A stretch of DNA of 58,796 bases, the filler included, from Sphacelaria rigidula (taxonomy: Eukaryota), in the NCBI GenBank assembly GCA_964200075.2. It is 9 parts of 9 records of this genome, joined end to end, with 100 filler letters (N's around TTAATTAATTAA, not from the genome) between each part and the next. Parts side by side here need not be neighbours in the genome. Positions count along the whole stretch, not along the records: positions 52,354 to 58,796 come from CAXNAA020020036.1; 8 more parts are not named here. One strand, given 5' to 3'. This document shows, piece after piece, positions 52,839 to 58,796 of this stretch; position 1 is the first letter of the stretch; every line of letters begins with the position of its first letter. The notes under the pieces were generated by a model. The model had not been told where the DNA came from, ran no database searches, and worked only from the letters and a program-made list of their open reading frames with translations. A program made the translations under genes and the position numbers.

Positions 52839-53069
52839 AGGCTAGCGGGGGAGGGTGGAGGGTGCAATGGTGGCCTTTTTTTCTGCACTACTACTGTTGT
52901 AGTAGTAATAGAGTCAGCTTTCATATGACGAGAGAATAGAGATACTGTAGAAATAGTAACAGTTCAGTGCAGAACAGAATATGCTACGCTTACAGTACAC
53001 ATGCCAGCTTCTCGCACAATCTTCACGGTGGATTCATCAGCCGCTACCCGACTAGACTATGATTTGAAT

Positions 53070-53990
53070 GCCAGTCCAAACCACTTCTCTCGTACCTAGC
53101 CCTCATCCTACGAGAGGGCTGGGGGTTCCCAGATCGTGGGAAATGTTTCTCGCATCAATGATGCCTGTGGCCATGAAAAAAGCATCTTGCAACACTCGTA
53201 GCCCTGACGAGAGACGGGTCACCACTCTGATGGGGACCATTGTGTTACCGTGCAAATCTCCCAATGCCGCCCACCACTCGCCCCGCGGTCGAGCTATTCT
53301 CACCACATTCTCCTTTCGTAAATCTGGGATATGTATGTCAAATTTCCTCAGCAGACAGACCCATTTCTGCAATGACCGCTCAACGATTGAAGCACGCAAG
53401 ATAATCAGGCCATTTTCGCTGTTTGTGCCATCGTTGTGATCTAGCCTCCCATTCTTGTGCCGTATAGATAGCTGCACACTGTTACCTGGGGCGCTTCAGA
53501 AAATAAGCAAGATACACAAACAGAAACGGCGCAGAGTAAACGGTGCAGTGGAGAGTCATGATACACTGATTATGTTGTACATTCGAATCTAGCCCAGGGT
53601 GAGGAGAGTCTGTAAAAGTCCGGTACAGCAGCAGCATCGTGGATGGTACCGTAGTAGTAGGGTACAGTTGAGGCACGGTGACATCCGTGCAATATCAAAC
53701 CAATACTGGAAGTGTGCGAGTGCTGCACCGAGATTATCAAAAATGCGAAAGCACAGGCAGAGAATCTGTTGGCGCATACCACGCCAGTGAACCCAGCGGG
53801 CATCACTCATGGAAGCATGTACCCGGCCAAAATTGCTAATCGAAGAGGTTCACTGGACGTAGCCCAATACCGGTCATAGATTCTCCTGCACCAACTTCCG
53901 TGCAAACGCTCAGCATCCCTGTATTCATGCGTATGCGCTTTCAATTGAAAATCAGTAGTTCCGAAGCCAGCTTGACCATGGGTACTTCCG
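53070..53990 (-). pseudogene. Possible hAT transposase C-terminal remnant
   Basis: RYWATSSEPLRLAILAGYMLP, then EWWAALG, then frameshifted pieces KMLF / E-TF / RRMR-LG / EK..GLAF resembling the hAT dimerisation domain. Several frameshifts must be assumed. Confidence 0.4.
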
Positions 53991-54339
53991 GGAGATCTGG
54001 GGGGCGGTCGCGATCAAATGGATCATTATTTGTGGCTGAACTTTACCCGAGGGGTTAGGCCTCGCTCTGCCACAACGCCGACTTCTATGTGTCCGGCGTG
54101 CGTGTGTATGAAACATAGAATAAAAGTACTTTACCCCTAGTTATCTTCTTGAGGGCCCCCGTAGGATTTGGGGGAACATGACACGTCGCCGTGAGGCCTC
54201 AACCTATCAGGAACAGTCGGTGGAATCAACTGTCCCAAATTTCAAGGTAGGAGTGAGATATAGTAGTCAGCATCAGAAGTCTTCAGAATTCGTAGTTGTT
54301 GTAGTTTTTGAGTTTTTCTTGATTACTATTCTTCACTAC

Positions 54340-54806
54340 TACTTGAAAGTGCTAGCGCCGGTAGATTTGGGGTGAAAGCGTAGGCCGCGCTCAAACTGCA
54401 GTGCCCAGGTTGATGTTCTTGGGGTGATACGGACTAGATACCTCGTTTATCAGGAGGGTGTTATTGACCGTTTTTGGTCCAATACGAGGAGCTTTCCGGC
54501 TCTTCCGCAACGAAACGGTAAATATTCAGATATACAAATACGTAAAAAGATCTTCAGAATAACGATCGAGATCGTTTTCCCCTCCCATACTGCACAGACC
54601 TCAGTCCAGCATTTTCTGCGAATGGCCTCTTTCCGGGAGTTTTTCGCAAATCATTTTCCATGAGCACTTGAAAGTACTGGCATCGATAGTTTTTGTAAAA
54701 TAAACACACAGTGCTCAAATTACAATGCCCAAATTGGTGTTGTGGGGATGATACGGAGTAAAGACCCCGTTTATCAGGAGGGTGCTATTGACCGTAAATG
54801 GTCCAA
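54340..54806. repeat. Diverged direct repeat of about 140 bp (54340-54482 and 54666-54806)
   Basis: Shared acttgaaagt and gtttatcaggagggtg.tattgaccgt...tggtccaa. Confidence 0.7.
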
Positions 54807-55767
54807 GAAACCTAATTTTGTGGCTCTAGCGCAGTGAATGGGTGGAATAAAAAATAAAAAAAATGAGTCTTCACTTGTATAATCGGGATCAAGTCGGTTC
54901 ACCGAAAATACCGTAAAGCTAGAACCTGGGGTTGCACTTTGGCAGGATCCCCGAAGATCGGTCAAGTCCGTAAGTCACTTAATATTGATCGCAGATATTT
55001 TTTCTTTAAATATTTGTCAAGATGGATGAAACATTTCCTGATGCCCATTTTTTGGCATCAAACAACAGTCACTGTGATGAGCGGTGGCAAGCGAAACGAA
55101 TTTGAAAAATCTTGGAGAACCTAAGAAATGACGAATTCTGCATACTTCTGACGCTGGCTATTGTACGCCGATAGTAACCTTGCGCGATAATAAACGAACG
55201 TCGATATAAACTGCGGTATCCTTTTGTGCGGTGAATTCACATAAGCAACGTACTAGCATGGAATCGCGGAGAAAAAAAGACTGATAGGGTGTTCCTCGCC
55301 GACTCTGCATTCTTCGCAGTGGTCGTAATGGGAGAGTTTTCCCGAAGTTGCCGACGACCCCGCACAAGATTGACCGCAGTGGTGACCTGCCTCTACGCGA
55401 TCAAATTTCTAGGGGAGTCCTAGTTACTTGATGCCGTGACCGTTTGGGTTTGCTGGTCACGATTGGCGCCCTTGGAACATGACGCGCCGTGTGCGTGTCT
55501 TGTTGAGCACCGGTACAACTGCCGCGCTTATTATTATAGCCTATGTGCAAAAAACAACCTGAAATAGAGAGCCGACTGCCGCTCTATTCGGGGAAGATCA
55601 AGGATTGGTGTTCCTGTTCTGCGCACCCCTTCCACTGTCGTGATCCGTGGACAAGAGTTTGTTGTAATGTGCCATTTTTCTTCTTCCTTTTTACAGTAGT
55701 ACAGGGGCACCGTTCACCTCAAATCATCCGGCCGTATAAGCATATGCCCCTCTCTAATTCTCGTATG

Positions 55768-55978
55768 GAGGTATCTCAAACTCGGCTCCCGGCATCCTGG
55801 TTTATTCGCTGGCTCTGAGCTGTGTACTATTTTTTCAAGTGGAGGTGATCGCGATTCATAGGAGGACCTGACCTGGCGGTGAATGGGTCTCATCATCCGA
55901 TGAATCGCCATCACCTTCACTTGGAAAAAAATAGAACAAAATAAACCAAGATACCGGGAGCCGAGTTTGAGATACCTC
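55768..55978. mobile_element. 211-bp fold-back MITE
   Basis: gaggtatctcaaactcggctcccgg / ccgggagccgagtttgagatacctc form a perfect inverted pair. The inner arms (55827-55859 and 55900-55934) also pair. Confidence 0.85.
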
Positions 55979-58796
55979 TAATATGCCAATTTTTGCTTTC
56001 CTTGTCTTTCCTTTCTTCGTTTTTTTCTTTTCTCAAGTCGTTTTCTGTTTTTCTCTCTTTGTTCCATCCTTGTCTTTTCATCTTTCCGTCCTTGAGGTTC
56101 CCCTCAGCCAGTGTTCCTGTGCATTTTCCCAGGGTACGTACGTCGTTGCCACGGCTGGATTCTTAGCGAGTCAATTATTGTGCGACAGTCAATTGAATCA
56201 CGAATGAATCGATAAATGCCACTGCAGTGCCAAACCGGATTTGGATTTTTTTTCGAAACGCAATAGCGGGTCGCACCCGAGGAGTCTCATGGTACAACTG
56301 AAACCGTTATTTGGTCGGGGGGGGGGGGGAAAGAAGAAAAAAAGCCAGTTCCATTCCCGGCAGACGCGATTTTTTTTACTTCTTCCTTTTTCTAACGCGT
56401 ATGGGCTTTCCGTCGGTGATAATAAAAAAATAAGAAAAATATTCGACGAGAGTCTACGCGGTGCGCAGGTGCTGATCTAACCCGCGATGTCAAATTGCAA
56501 GCCGTGTACAGGGGGAGACAAGATGGGTTGATCCCAGGTCTCGGCCAATGAGGTACTCCGTAGGCGTGCTCAGGCATGCGCAGCACGGCGCTCCGCAGGC
56601 GAAGAAAAAAATTACTCAGGCAACTTCAAGGCATTTTGCCTTGTATGCCTATTTGTGCCTGAGATGCCTTAGTTGGTTAAGGGTGAAACGCCTCAAGTAT
56701 TGCCTTGCAATTGCTTTGCTTTCCTTTTCGCCTTTTTGTGCATGTCAAGTATGGCGGCATGGATCAATGCTCCACGCGCATAAGCAAAGCTTGTTGTGTA
56801 TGCGCGCCCCGGCGGATTGCTGATTTGGATATGTGTAAACAGCATAAAGTTTGAGAGCAGCAGCAAGAGCAAGAAAATATATCGTGTGATGGATGGAAAA
56901 TGCATCATCACGGCGTCGCCTGGGCCGTCCCGTCTTTCATATCGCGTTGAATTAGCTCCTGTCCTCGAAGTCGCGTCGTACCGGCAGGGTGATGAGCAGC
57001 TAAACCAGATTGTGGCGGTGACGCTGCGGGAGTTGAATTCCCCCCTCGCGCAGACATGGTGCCGCTCAGCCATCAGTAGCAGACTAATCCCGAGATACTC
57101 CCCCCCACAAAAAGTGCACAGGAGATCGTCCGACAAACCAGCTGCGATCCCACTATTGGGCTCGTTTGCAGCAATTTCGCCCCACATGAGGGGCGTGTAG
57201 CAGTCCGAAATCAGCTATAACGCCCAAATGAGTCGCGTCGTGCAGCACGAAACCAGCTCCAACGGTATACATGATCATCGCCTCCGTGCACTTTTTGGCC
57301 GTTTTTTTTTGGGGGGGGGGGGCTATCTCGGCAGCAGTCAGGAGGGGTATCATGTCGTGGCATCCCATTCTGTAATTTGCAGTGGTACCTTGCGGTCTGT
57401 AGCGTGCAGAGTTGCCCCCGAAGTGGGGTTCTGTCCCGTAGATCACAAATCAAGACCACCTCCCCGATGTCCCATGAGGTATTTGTGTCCCCCAGCCCCT
57501 GGTTTCAGGGGGTTCTCGTCTAACGGCGTATTTTATGCTTGCTTCTCCGTGCTTTGGGAAGATACGAGGCGTTGCAAGTTGAATTAACACCATCTCAGGC
57601 AACCGTTTCTGTAAAAGGGCTCTGAGGCAGAAAGTAAGGCGTGTCTTATATCCCGGGGCCTAGCCATAAGACATGTTTTATGTCTCCACTCAAAATCGTG
57701 TTTCGGTTGCAATCTCCAGCTCTCATCGGGCAAAATCAAGATCAAAGTTTTCGCCGATTTCGGTTCGTCTCTTTTTCCCCAGCGATTTTGAGCGTTCGAT
57801 CTTGCCATGGCGGAAAAGAATGCGAAAACCTTGCACATGCGCTCTCCAAACGTGAAGGCGGATGCGGTCGAGGTGGAGGCGACAGGTCGTAGGTACTAGC
57901 AAGTTACCTCATCAACGGCATCGGCGATGTCACCTCTTGAGGTCAATCACTACGTTGGCCGGGCCCAGAAGTTTCTTCGCCAAGTACAGCAGATCGGTAC
58001 ACGACAACTTGTACGCCGCCTTGACCGGAAAGGTTCGTTTTCGCGAAGGCAGAAGTGATCGAGGCCATGCTATGCGTCTGCGTGATCTGGGCGACCTCGC
58101 CGCATACGTGCGGCACGTTGCGAGAAGCCACGGCTGCTACCGCCGCCGCTCTGTGTCTTAGCGCGTGTTCTTGCCTAGGCACTCAATTTTGGAAGCCTGG
58201 CGAAAAGGTTCGTAGCCTGGGCGCTAATCGTGCCGACTGTCCACCCCATAGTGACCCGGTCGCAGCAGGGGTCAGTGACAGCGGTAGCGACGCTGCTGCT
58301 GCTGCTGGCGCTCCCAAAGCAGCAGGGTTGGATGCACCACCAGCTCGTAACACAGCTGCACCGGTACTGCCCTGTTGCGTAGACAAGGTGCTGCTGGGCG
58401 CTGAGGAGTGTCGTTCGGTGTTTGGTAGTGTCTCCACCACTGCGGTCCGCAGGTGGCAGTGGCGGCACTGCTATGCGCTGGAGTAGCTGTCGGCCACTTC
58501 GCTTTTAAAAAAATGCTCACCCAGAGGAGGAGGGCCATGGATCGTGGATCGTGGATGTACGTGCCGAGGGGAACTTGAAGAAGAAAAGCATCTGAGGTCG
58601 TCGATCCTTTATGGAACGTGATCATTGCTGATCCTACCGTCGACGCCAATATGGGTCACTACACAACAAAAGAATGCCGCCAGAGGGTTATGAGCCCTCG
58701 CCTCTCTGAGACAGCAGAGCGCTCTATCGATTAAGCTATGACGGTGCGTTGAGGACAGGACAAGATCCCAGAAGAGGGTTGAGATGTTGAGTGAGA

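Noticed and set aside
57943..58440. Ala/Ser-rich minus-strand reading frame
   Set aside because: GC-rich and low-complexity, with an internal stop and no recognisable domain or splice structure.
48..58649. Most ORFs in the supplied track
   Set aside because: Short, overlapping on both strands, inside introns or repeats, or antisense shadows of TE ORFs.

Overview
This is not a contiguous locus. It is nine unrelated eukaryotic contigs of 6445, 6445, 6444, 6444, 6444, 6444, 6444, 6443 and 6443 bp, size-sorted and joined by 100-bp N44-TTAATTAATTAA-N44 linkers. Short exons in kb-scale introns, (CAGTA)n and many G/C tracts suggest a brown alga (inference). Host genes: four in-phase exons of a SAMHD1-like HD-domain dNTPase (contig 1), one Ubc6/UBE2J-type E2 exon (contig 3), and one orphan phase-1/1 exon (contig 2). 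The rest is mostly mobile DNA: a decayed Ty3/Gypsy element whose integrase ends in chromo-like and Tudor-like modules, a decayed LINE with truncated copies, a tRNA-derived SINE, TIR and fold-back MITEs, tandem arrays and a probable hAT remnant. The most unusual signal is a LINE plus a non-coding partner retroposon that share a 3' end, terminate in poly(C) rather than poly(A), and show target-site duplications at G/C tracts. All protein and family calls are by eye; no searches were run.
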